Assembly (NCBI RefSeq): GCF_964355755.1
Contig: NC_092676.1
Location: 2,423,788-2,487,787 of the forward strand
Length of the DNA: 64,000 bases
DNA from: Antedon mediterranea
Lineage: Eukaryota > Animalia > Echinodermata
Direction: 5' to 3'
The translations under genes and the position numbers were made by a program. The notes beneath the pieces were generated by a model. It was not told the DNA's origin. It did not search any database and saw nothing but the letters and a program-made list of their open reading frames with translations. Position 1 is the first letter of the stretch. Each line of letters opens with the position of its first letter. Below, piece after piece: positions 36,453-47,261 of this stretch.

Positions 36453-36818
36453 TCAAGTTCACTCATTGTATCAGTGGTTGAATGAGTGCACTCGCATCAC
36501 CTAGCAAAATGCAAAAGTTTCCACACACGAGGGTGCACACCAAAGTTCACTCATTGTATCTGGTTGAATGAGTGCACTCGCATCACCTAGAAAAACTCTA
36601 GCAAGTTTCCACACACGGGGGGGGGGGGGGGGGTGCACACCAAAGTTCACTCATTGTATCAGTGGTTGAATGAGTGCACTCGCATCACCTAGAAAAACTC
36701 AAAAGTTTCCACACACTGGGGTGCACACCAAAGTTCACTCATTGTATCAGTGGTTGAATGAGTGCACTCGCATCACCTAGAAAAACTCAAAAGTTTCCAC
36801 ACACTCGAGTGCACACCA
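36453..36818. repeat. 88-bp tandem repeat x4 containing a CACTCATT-N13-AATGAGTG hairpin; one unit has a poly-G expansion
   Basis: caaagttcactcattgtatcagtggttgaatgagtgcactcgcatcacctag… at ~36453, 36541, 36641 and 36729. Confidence 0.9.
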
Positions 36819-37471
36819 TACAAAATGCTGGTGTTGATGCCTTGCAATTCTGCTGTGACTGTATCTGTGTAAAATATTGGAAATTGTATATTAAATATAG
36901 TAGTACTATTTCTGTCGGTCAGTAACATTGAAAGAACTATATTAGAAGGCAACTCTTAAAGAAACAGATACAGTAATCACATTTGTATTGTACAGTATAA
37001 CAATTTTATTTGATATAGCTCCCTCTATAGTTTATTGGAGAAATGAAAACAAAAAGACCAATAGGTATACAGTATCTATAGTACAAACAAATAAACTACA
37101 ATTTGAAGAAAATATTAAAACTAGATATTATTTTTATACGATTATTAAATGTTTTCTATTTACAATAAGCAACATTCAACATATCATTTCTTTTAATGTT
37201 ATTTAAACAATTAATGTATGTAGTAAACAATCTTTACAGTTGAATTGAAATTTCAGAATCTTTTCAGTTCTTTAAAAGAAAGAACCAAATTATTTAAGTT
37301 GGCTATAATGTATTGTGAAGGATTGAATATTAAATTTGGTCATTTGACTCTATCAAAAAAGAATAAAAAATGATGTATACTGCATGCATAACTGTTTATT
37401 TTCAACTTATTGTCAAATTGTTCTATATTGGTGTGTGTGAGCTTGTACCCCATAGAAATAAAGTTACCACA

Positions 37472-39121
37472 CTAGTTTCCATGAAGTTGACGTTGTTTTC
37501 CAACACGAAGATTATTGACATAACTATGTGTTGTCGAGTTTTCAACACTCTGATCAGGAACAATTTCTTCCTTGTCGCCAATTTCTTCCTTATCACCAAT
37601 TTCTGTGTAAGTGGCAGATTCAGTTTCCTGTTGACATACGTGTGTCAGTCTACCATCAAGAGTAGTGATGTAAGTTAAATTTTCTGACGTGACCTCTGAA
37701 CTTTGACCTCTATCAATTGATGGAATAGTTTCATAAGCTGTTGCCTGTTCATTTGTATCATCTATAGTAGTGATGTAAGTTAAATTTTCTGACATGAAAC
37801 TTTGACCTATGTCAATTGATGGAATAGTTTCATAAGCTTCTGTCTCGTCATTTGTATCTAATGTTAAGGGTTGATAATCTTGCCTTATAGTTTGTTTTGG
37901 TACTTCGTATCCATCTTCCTGTCCTCCTCTCAGCTCGTCTATATTAAATTCTACCGTTCTATTGTTTATGTTGTTCATTGTTTGTAATGTTTGGTAATCA
38001 TCACTTATAAGATCTGTTGGTAGATTGCGTACCTTGTCACCTCTACTGCTTTCTCTGGAGTCTGTTTTACACTTACGATGGCAAAGTACAATTATAAGAA
38101 TGATGATAATAATTATAGCGACACATAATAGGATGAAGTAAAATGTAATATCTGTTGTGTTTGTTACAGGTAATTCTTTATCTTCTTCATTGTACAACTG
38201 TATGATCATTGACTTTGATTGTTTATCCAAAACATTTACAGCTTCACATGTTATAGTCAATTGAGAACCAACTTTAGGCAGTTCATTAAATTTTAATTGT
38301 TCATTAGAAATGGTAAATTCATCTTCTGGTACGTTAGAGTCTATAATCCAGACTGTTTCATTAACAGGTGGTCTAGCCTTTGCTGTACAGTTGTATTCCG
38401 TTGGTGATATTTTTTTGATGGTTATCTCTGGTTTGTAGTTGACCGTGATTGGACCAACAGAGCAGCTTCTGGTCTCATTTGTTGCAATTATTTGCGATTC
38501 GCAATAATAAATTGCATCATTATCTTCTTTTGTTACATTTGACGTATGGTTAAGAGTTGTTGATGTTAATTTTGAAGGCAGGATTTGTCCTTTTTGGGAT
38601 TTCCAATTTGTTGACATAGATGGATCAGAAACAGAAAGACATCCAAAAGTTATTGTTTGACCAGATGTATAAACAGTCTCATTAGATGAACAAATTGGGG
38701 TTTTTTGAATTATCAAGTTTGAAATAAATGAATTTTTTTCAAGAGTTTTTTTCATTGTCACAACAAATTTGAATTGTTTTGTAACAGTGACATCATCTTC
38801 AAAATCAATCTCGTTACTTTCTGGTATTACAATATGTAGAGTAAAGTTATTGCCCTCGCCAGGGAAAGAGAATTGAAATTTGTTGAAAACCGATTTTAAG
38901 AATCTCTGGTCATCGGTAATATGTATGATTGTATCTCCAATATAATCCCATGAGGCTGTGATTTCACTGTGTTGAAAGTTTTTGAATATACACGGGAGAG
39001 TAACATTTTGTCCTGGAAAAGCTCTGACCTCTGGTGGCGGCTCAACAAGTAAAACAGTATTAGATGAAATTGATTTTAACAGAGAAAACAGTAAAATTGC
39101 AATATTTACGTGTTGGTGCAT
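37472..39121 (-). CDS. G11: 3-Ig receptor (D1 lacks the second Cys), tail with duplicated AYETIPSID…LTYITT block, ITSM TAYETI, YVN
   Basis: 549-aa ORF with signal peptide, TM FYFILLCVAIIIIIILIIVLC and TKQFKFV in place of TKQFQCS. Confidence 0.9.
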   Translation of the reverse strand: MHQHVNIAILLFSLLKSISSNTVLLVEPPPEVRAFPGQNVTLPCIFKNFQHSEITASWDYIGDTIIHITDDQRFLKSVFNKFQFSFPGEGNNFTLHIVIPESNEIDFEDDVTVTKQFKFVVTMKKTLEKNSFISNLIIQKTPICSSNETVYTSGQTITFGCLSVSDPSMSTNWKSQKGQILPSKLTSTTLNHTSNVTKEDNDAIYYCESQIIATNETRSCSVGPITVNYKPEITIKKISPTEYNCTAKARPPVNETVWIIDSNVPEDEFTISNEQLKFNELPKVGSQLTITCEAVNVLDKQSKSMIIQLYNEEDKELPVTNTTDITFYFILLCVAIIIIIILIIVLCHRKCKTDSRESSRGDKVRNLPTDLISDDYQTLQTMNNINNRTVEFNIDELRGGQEDGYEVPKQTIRQDYQPLTLDTNDETEAYETIPSIDIGQSFMSENLTYITTIDDTNEQATAYETIPSIDRGQSSEVTSENLTYITTLDGRLTHVCQQETESATYTEIGDKEEIGDKEEIVPDQSVENSTTHSYVNNLRVGKQRQLHGN

Positions 39122-40330
39122 CTTTTATCAATTGAATTTTATTTGGTCAAAACAACCAAAATTATTTCAAAAAGTTTCTAGCCTGGTAGAAAAGGTAAAG
39201 TATACAGCTTTGCAGTGCTGTCCAACACTTCTGATAAACTAATCAAAAATCAAAATGTCTCCAGTATTGAAAATTCTCAATTAAATTTTCAGCGTTTATT
39301 TTTATATGCAGCTTTAGTATTAGTAGTCTTTGTATACTAGTTGCAGCTCCAATCTTCCTTTCTTTTAAAATCTTCCTTTCTTTTAAAATCTTCCTTTCTT
39401 TTAAAATCTTCTTTTCCAATCCGTAATTGACTTGTCCTTTGTAGAGACAGCAGTTATTGATGTAAGTCTGTCAACATTATTTATATCATTTATTATTCCA
39501 CGTCATGTCCGAATATATTTTCCTTTTGGAATTTTTCAATAATTTCCTTTACAGTTTCCACTTTTATTTTCCTGTATCACATGTTTCAACAATAAGAACA
39601 AAATATCCTTATTAAACTTTCATTACCTTGAAATAATGTCATAATTATTTTCTACTGCAGTCCCTGCATATTTAAAATAATTTTGACATGGTCCTTAAAC
39701 TTTGATAGAAAAACATGTTTTAATGATGATGAACGTACATTTACTATTTTCAGTAGGATATTTACACACTCATATGTCACAATTTTAAAGGACTCTGGAG
39801 ATACGTACACTATTTGCATTATAGTGAACAGATGTTTAACTTTGAAACAGGTTTTTTATGAAAGTTACTTTAACCAATGCAATGATTTCCTTTACGATTT
39901 CCTTTCATTTTTAGTTTACACTATTTGAAATAGTTTATTGTTGTTTTAGCAATTTTAATATGGGTCATCCACATCCTGGCTGTATACTGTCTGGGTAGAA
40001 TCTTGTGATTTAATTGGACAATATCATATCACATGCTATTTGTTACAATCCTACATTTCAAAAATACTTTGCATAGTGCAATAATGATTGTGTATTTTAT
40101 GATAACATTCCCATAAATATTGTATGATATAATCTGATTATTAATAGAACTTGGAAATGATTTTAGTTTATTTTAAAAGGGTAACAACTGCATCCCAGAC
40201 ATACATTATCATATCCTCTAATACTTTGGAGATTCCCACTTTACTTATATAGCTATTATAGATAAATGAATACATTATTTTTAGACAATTAGACATATGT
40301 TTGGGCAATCTCCTCCTTGTTTTTGTTTAA

Positions 40331-40490
40331 AGCTCTGTCTACACTATCAAACTAGTTTGACAAAAAAAGTGTGATGTATTCAAATATGGTAGTAATATGC
40401 ACAAATATGGTAGTAATATGCACAAATATGGTAGTGCTATGACATCATCATGTCTATAGGTACATCACTTTTTTTTTTATCACATAAGCG
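40331..40490. mobile_element. Partial Harbinger/Tourist-like MITE abutting the G12 stop codon
   Basis: agctctgtctacactatcaaactagtttgacaaaaaaagtgtgatg… same family as 42727-42869. Confidence 0.75.
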
Positions 40491-40502
40491 TTTTTTGTTA
40501 TT

Positions 40503-41822
40503 CTAATTATTTGCTCCTTCATAGATCTCATTCTCATTTTCTATATAATCATATTTTATATATTTACTTGTCTCTTCATCTCTCAAACCGTTTCCGTCAA
40601 CATAAATTTCATTTTCAGTTTCTTCGTAATCATCTTGAAATCCGTTTACATCTGCGTAGTCGTAAACATGTTCGTGTTCAACTTCATTGTTACTGGAACG
40701 TTGAGGGGGTGTATATTTTGCGGTCTGTTGACTTTGTTGATGTTGGGGTTTTTTTCGTATCGCAAAACAGATTATGAATATTATAAATATAATAAGAATA
40801 ATGAATGTTACACTAGCAATGATTATCCACAAGGAAATGAATTCTTTTTCTTCTTCTTCTTGTAAATTTGAAGATATTGGAATTAAAAATGTTTTCCTTG
40901 CAGTTCCGAGTAGATTCCTTGCTTCACATGTAATATTTATCTCAAAATCAAACATTGTAAGTTCTTTAAATTCCAATATTTCATTTGATATTGTAAAACT
41001 ATCATTAGTAATATTAGACTCCACAATCCAGTGTTGTTCATCTACAGGAGGTCTAGCCTCTGTTGTACAGTTAAATCCTATTGGTGATATTTGTGTGATG
41101 GTAATTTCTGGTTTATGGTATACAATGATAGGACCTTTTGAGCAGATTTGTGTTTCATTCGTCCCGATTCTTTGTGATTCACAAACAAACATTTTATTGT
41201 GATCTTCTTTTGCTACTGTCAAGTTATGTAACATATAGAATTTCTGGAGTTTTGTTGGTAATATTTCTCCATTTGATGATTTTAAAGTGGTTATTACTTC
41301 TGGATTGGAATCGTTAAAACAACCTAATTGTAACATTTCACTAAGAACATAAAAACTCTTTTTATTTATAAGACAAATTGGCTTGGTAAACGTCCACTGT
41401 TCAATGACAACCTTAGATAGTGATGACAAAGAAATGTTCCTGTTTCGTTCAACTACAGAACACCAGTAGTAAGAACTTAAACTTTGACCTGTTCCAAAAT
41501 CTAAGAAATTAGTACCTGGTATTTTAATCATGAGGTTAAAGGTCATTTCATCTCCAATAATCGAATGATTGTCAGCAAAATGACTTTCAATTTGTCGGTT
41601 ACTTGAAATTCTGTACTGTGAGTTTCCGTTTACGATTGCTGTAGACCACTCAACAGTTTGAAGACTTTTATTTAAATTAATAAAAGAACATGGCAGCAAA
41701 ACAGTCTGATCTGCAAACGTTGTTACCTCTTTAGGTGGGGTGGTTACAAAGTCAACATCCATGGCACATGTTGATGATAATAAAATGACAATAATAATCT
41801 GCATGCAGGTGGTACTATTCAT
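40503..41822 (-). CDS. G12: divergent 3-Ig receptor with short ENEIY-type tail
   Basis: Signal peptide, LPC…VEW…YYWC V-like domain, D2, D3, TM LWIIIASVTFIILIIFIIFIICFAI, tail VYDYADV / ENEIY x2. Confidence 0.9.
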   Translation of the reverse strand: MNSTTCMQIIIVILLSSTCAMDVDFVTTPPKEVTTFADQTVLLPCSFINLNKSLQTVEWSTAIVNGNSQYRISSNRQIESHFADNHSIIGDEMTFNLMIKIPGTNFLDFGTGQSLSSYYWCSVVERNRNISLSSLSKVVIEQWTFTKPICLINKKSFYVLSEMLQLGCFNDSNPEVITTLKSSNGEILPTKLQKFYMLHNLTVAKEDHNKMFVCESQRIGTNETQICSKGPIIVYHKPEITITQISPIGFNCTTEARPPVDEQHWIVESNITNDSFTISNEILEFKELTMFDFEINITCEARNLLGTARKTFLIPISSNLQEEEEKEFISLWIIIASVTFIILIIFIIFIICFAIRKKPQHQQSQQTAKYTPPQRSSNNEVEHEHVYDYADVNGFQDDYEETENEIYVDGNGLRDEETSKYIKYDYIENENEIYEGANN

Positions 41823-42726
41823 TTTGCTGCTTCTACTTCCGTTGTAAAAAGTATGAATGAATCCAATAAACTTAATTTAACGATCACAACATACTACTGA
41901 TTTCCATGCTAAATTCCTACAATAAAACAGTGTTTTATCTGCATGTCACGGTGTCTTGTATTTATGAATCAAACATCAATAATTTTCGAAGTTGATTACT
42001 TGTTGAACCGTTCCAAAGTGTTATTACTTGCGTCAATGATGGTATATTCAAAACCTCGTTAGTATCTGCACAGTGCAACAAAAATGTTTTATTTTGTAAC
42101 ATTCAAACCACACCCACTGTTGATTTCTATCGTTACAATATATACCAGTTATATATTCGTTTGTACTTTACACATCCTGTATGTTAAATCACAGTCCTAT
42201 TCTCTTTGTCGTATTTTACTCTTACAATACACCAGTTAGGGAGCCATTTGTACTTTGCACTTCCTATATGTTGAATCCCAGTCCTATTTCTTGGGACGTT
42301 GGATTATTGATCGAGATGGTGGAACAAAATTAGGGATTAAAGAATATTCGAATACAATGCAAGGTCACGGTCATTTTCCCATCGTTTGTAAAGTAAATTG
42401 GTTTTGGGGTTTCCTATTCACTGATTTGGAATTTTCTCAGATATTTGTTGATACCGTCTGACGTAGTATAATCGATGCTCAAATGTAATCCCATCCCTAT
42501 CTTGTAAACCCAATGTTATAGCTATATTCTAATGCAAATCCAAGTTTTTATTTAGTTTCTCCTTGGAACTATAAAATTTAGAGATCAATAAGAACCTTTA
42601 CAATAAAGTATAATCTCACTTTGGTTTAGGCTAAATTTCAGATACCAAACCATTGTGTGTCAATACAAGAGTTCTTAAACTAAACAATTCAGTTTTTTTG
42701 CGATGCAATAGGATTAAAAGTTCTTA

Positions 42727-42869
42727 AGCTCTGTCTACACTATCAAACTAGTTTCACAAAAAAAGTGTGATGTGCCCAAATATGGTAGTGATATGACATC
42801 ATCATGTCCATATATGGGCAAATTACATTTTTTTTTTGTCACATAAAATTTGATAGTGTAGAAAGAGCC
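42727..42869. mobile_element. PIF/Harbinger (Tourist-like) MITE, full-length
   Basis: TIR AGCTCTGTCTACACTATCAAA…TTTGATAGTGTAGAAAGAGCC with TTA on both sides. Confidence 0.85.
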
Positions 42870-43035
42870 TTATAAACTTAAAACATGTTAATGTTAAAAA
42901 TAAGCATTTATTCACAACGGTATGACTCTCTTGACACAAATAAAAAACAACAAAATTAATTTTTCAAATTGCATAAATTTTTTTTTTATGTTCCCATAGT
43001 TATCAAACAATAATATTTAATCCATAAATTTATTT

Positions 43036-44430
43036 TTAAAGTCCCTGATAAATTATATTTTCACATTCTATATTGTCCTCAGGATTTTCTAATTGAAAAT
43101 AAATGTGTTTATTATCATCTGTTGTGTTGAGTCCTTCATATATTTCATTTTCTTTCTCTATATACCCATCTTTTATTGTCTTATTGTTCACCTTTTCCCC
43201 TCCTATATAGATTTCATTTTCAACTTCTTCATAATCGCCTTGAAAACCACTTAATTTTACAGTTGCATAATCGTAGATATGTTCTTTTGGGTCACATTTT
43301 TTAGTTTCATTTATAATTTCTGCTTTATATTTATGTTTTTTCCGCAAATAATAAACAATAATCATCACAAATATAATTACAATACAGATCAGTAAAGTCA
43401 TTGCAATTAGCAAACTGGAGACACTGTTATTTATTTCGTCTTGACTGCTTTCAAATGTAAGATTTAAAGTTTGTGTTTCTTTTCCCAAGATATTGTCTGC
43501 CTCACATTTTATACTAACATTTGAATAAAACGTGATGTCTTTAGTCAACTTTAAAATATCCTTTGAAATGATATACTTGTCTTTGGAAATATTAGGCTCC
43601 AGTAGCCAGCGTGTTTCATTAACAGGTGGTCTAGCCTCTGTGATACAGATGTATTCCAGTGGTGATATTTGTGTGATGTTAACCTCTGGTTTGTAGTTGA
43701 CAGTGATTGGTCCTACTGAACAGTGTCTTACGATATTTGTCCCTTTTCTTTTTGATTCGCAAATAAACTTTGCATTGTGGTCCGCTTTTGTTATGATCAT
43801 TGTGTGTATAATGTAGAATCCATCAAATTTGGTCGTTGGCAATACTTTATCATTTGCATATTTCCAGGTGGTGATAACATTAGGGTCAGAATCATTGTGA
43901 CACCCTAGTACCAGTGTTTCTCCTGTCACATACTCGTTATTTCCAGACACGCAAACAGGATTCATAAAGGACCACTGCTGTATCAATACATTTGTAGACG
44001 CCGTTAAAATGATAATTTTATTAGGTTCAAGAACTGAACACTGATAGGTAGTTGTAATAACTTTCGAACTTCCGAATTGTAATGAACGAATATCTGGTAT
44101 TTTTATGGAAAGTGTAAAGTTCATGCCTTCACCAACTATTGAGAAAAACTCGGCGAAATGTTTTTTAACTTTTCGGTTATTTGAGATCTTCTCTGTTGCT
44201 CCAAAACTTGGTTTTCTCTTCCATTCTACGGTATGGTTTGGATTGAGATTCTTGAACGTACACGGCAGTAAAACGGTTTGTTCTGCCAAAGCTGTTATCT
44301 CATTCGGAGGTCTTCTAACAAATTCAACGTCTACAGCAAAGGATAGTGATAGTACACTCAAAACAATTAATGTATACATTATGTGTCTGGTGAAAATATT
44401 GAAAACGTTTGACAATATGTTCCAAAGCAT
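43036..44430 (-). CDS. G13: divergent 3-Ig receptor with ENEIY-type tail (YATV, YFQL)
   Basis: First ATG at 44430; the signal peptide fits better from the ATG at 44379. Three Ig domains (D2 keeps its Trp), TM LLIAMTLLICIVIIFVMIIVYYL. Confidence 0.9.
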   Translation of the reverse strand: MLWNILSNVFNIFTRHIMYTLIVLSVLSLSFAVDVEFVRRPPNEITALAEQTVLLPCTFKNLNPNHTVEWKRKPSFGATEKISNNRKVKKHFAEFFSIVGEGMNFTLSIKIPDIRSLQFGSSKVITTTYQCSVLEPNKIIILTASTNVLIQQWSFMNPVCVSGNNEYVTGETLVLGCHNDSDPNVITTWKYANDKVLPTTKFDGFYIIHTMIITKADHNAKFICESKRKGTNIVRHCSVGPITVNYKPEVNITQISPLEYICITEARPPVNETRWLLEPNISKDKYIISKDILKLTKDITFYSNVSIKCEADNILGKETQTLNLTFESSQDEINNSVSSLLIAMTLLICIVIIFVMIIVYYLRKKHKYKAEIINETKKCDPKEHIYDYATVKLSGFQGDYEEVENEIYIGGEKVNNKTIKDGYIEKENEIYEGLNTTDDNKHIYFQLENPEDNIECENIIYQGL

Positions 44431-45229
44431 TGACAAAACATCAGTAAAACAATGTTGTTAGTCAGCACTTTACAGTTCACTTGATTGAATTCAGTCCTTT
44501 TTCAAAATTACACACTTACATTTTTCCAATAAAACTTGGTCAAACTTCTGTTTTTGATAGAGTAGCACCAGTGTTTCTTATTTTCAATGATCTAGGCCTA
44601 GTCAGATTGCAAAGTAGCCTGCCAGACAGATGACTTGTAGGGTGTTAACATCATAATTCTTGTTAAAATAAAACTAAGACTGTATCTTCATTGTTGTAGA
44701 CAACACAGGGATGTCTTTGTACAAGTTAACATCCTTTAATTTTTTATTCCCGATACAGATACAATTTACGTCAAATGATTATCGTTTGGGAAGTGATTTA
44801 AATTGTTTCATTCATTTGGGAATAGTGTAAAAAGAAGACAATAATATATTAACACAGTTTGTTGCAATATAAGTCTGAACTTAAATCCAAGTCAGTTGGG
44901 AATTCTAAAATTATGTAGTTGTCTGTGTTCACGAGGTCAAAGATAAAAGTCATATCCAGTGGTATATTTATATTATAATTTGATCTTTGATATACAATTT
45001 AAATGATCTGATTTAAAAACCATGCAAAAAATAGAAAGGTTATGCATCATGTCCAGCAGTAAACTATGTTTTATGTTGGCTATTAATTCATATCTAAATA
45101 TTTAAAAAGTAGTTTACTAGCATCTAAAACTTAATTGTTAGAATGCAAAACCATTGCATAATGAGTCTTTATAACAATTTGCATCTATATTCTTGACTTT
45201 TTAAGTAATATTTTAAGTATGCTGCAATA

Positions 45230-46970
45230 TGTATAAATACTAGTTTTATAACTATGTATAAATACTAGTTTATGACTATTTCTACTAGTTTATAACTATG
45301 TTATACTAGTTTATAACTATTTCCACTAGTTTATAACTATGTTATACTAGTTTATAGCTATTCTAACTATTTTATACTAGTTTTTAACTATGTTATACTA
45401 GTTTATAACTATTTCTACTAGTTTATAACTATGTTATACTAGTTTATAACTATTATAACTATTTTATACTGGTTTATAATTATGTTATACTAGTTTATAA
45501 CTATGTTATATTAGTTTATATCTATGTATACTAGTTTGTAACTATGTTATACTAGTTTATAACTATTTCTACTAGTTTATAACTATGTTATACTAGTTTA
45601 TAACTATTATAACTATTTTATACTAGTTTGTAACTATGTTATACTAGTTTATAACTATTTCTACTAGTTTATAACTATGTTATACTAGTTTATAACTATT
45701 ATAACTATTTTATACTGGTTTATAACTATGTTATACTAGTTTATAACTATGTATACTAGTTTTTAACTATGTTATACTAGTTTATAACTATGTTATACTA
45801 GTTTATAACTATGTTATACTAGTTTTTAACTATGTTATACTAGTTTGTAACTATGTTATACTAGTTTGTAACTATGTTATACTAGTTTATAACTATGTTA
45901 TACTAGTTTGTAACTATGTTATACTAGTTTGTAACTATGGTATACTAGTTTGTAACTATGTTATACTAGTTTGTAACTATGTTATACTAGTTTGTAACTA
46001 TGTTATACTAGTTTATAACTATGTTATACTAGTTTATAACTATGTTATACTAGTTTATAACTATGTTATACTAGTTTATAACTATGTTATACTAGTTTAT
46101 AACTATGTTATACTAGTTTATAACTATGTTATACTAGTTTATAACTATGTTATACTAGTTTATAACTATGTTATACTAGTTTATAACTATGTTATACTAG
46201 TTTATAACTATGTTATACTAGTTTGTAACTATGTTATACTAGTTTGTAACTATGTTATACTAGTTTGTAACTATGTTATACTAGTTTATAACTATGTTAT
46301 ACTAGTTTATAACTATGTTATACTAGTTTATAACTATGTTATACTAGTTTATAACTATGTTATACTAGTTTATAACTATGTTATACTAGTTTATAACTAT
46401 GTTATACTAGTTTATAACTATGTTATACTAGTTTATAACTATGTTATACTAGTTTATAACTATGTTATACTAGTTTATAACTATGTTATACTAGTTTATA
46501 ACTATGTTATACTAGTTTATAACTATGTTATACTAGTTTATAACTATGTTATACTAGTTTATAACTATGTTATACTAGTTTATAACTATGTTATACTAGT
46601 TTATAACTATGTTGTACTAGTTTATAGCTATGTTGTACTAGTTTATAGCTATGTTGTACTAGTTTATAGCTATGTTGTACTAGTTTATAGCTATGTTGTA
46701 CTAGTTTATAGCTATGTTGTACTAGTTTACAACTATGTCGTACTAGTTTACAACTATGTCGTACTAGTTTACAACTATGTCGTACTAGTTTATAGCTATG
46801 TCGTACTAGTTTATAGCTATGTTGTACTAGTTTACAACTATGTTGTACTAGTTTACAACTATGTTGTACTAGTTTACAACTATGTTGTACTAGTTTACAA
46901 CTATGTTATACTAGTTTATAACTATGTCATACTAGTTTATAACTATGTTATACTAGTTTATAGCTATTCT
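45230..46970. repeat. 21-bp minisatellite (actatgttatactagtttata)n, roughly 80 copies
   Basis: Directly visible; sequence variants occur in blocks along the array. Confidence 0.97.
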
Positions 46971-47017
46971 AAATTAGGTTATATTCATTTACAATTTAAA
47001 TTTGTTTGTCATTATAG

Positions 47018-47124
47018 GTACCATTTGAAAGATGTGATTGTGGGCAAGATATATTTCTTGCTTGTGCGGATAAAAATCAAACACATGGAACTAGCAATTA
47101 TTAAACGTGAGACAACAGGCTCAG
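47018..47124 (+). CDS. VPS26: VPS26 (retromer subunit) internal coding exon: YHLKDVIVGKIYFLLVRIKIKHMELAIIKRETTGS
   Basis: tatag| acceptor and |gtatgt donor; the peptide is recognisably VPS26A/B. Confidence 0.95.
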
Positions 47125-47261
47125 GTATGTGTTTTAATAGTGTTTTGTTTTAAGACACAGTCTTCTTTTGGAAGAGTGAATTAGTATGATATTTAATTAT
47201 ATTTTAATGAATATTCATTAGTATGATATTTAATAATTTTTTTAATGAATATTCATTTCAG

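Noticed and set aside
36453-36818. CRISPR-like array (palindromic repeat units)
   Set aside because: Units are near-identical over their whole length with no unique spacers; no cas genes; eukaryotic context.
1566-44430. V(D)J-like somatic rearrangement locus
   Set aside because: Each V-like domain is already joined to its own TM/tail and poly(A) signal; no heptamer-spacer-nonamer signals were seen flanking the domains (by-eye check only).
44855-44896. Possible missing VPS26 exon end (…aaa tcc aa|gtcagt, KSK)
   Set aside because: The upstream translation HSLLQYKSEL does not match the conserved LHIEFEYN; treated as coincidence.
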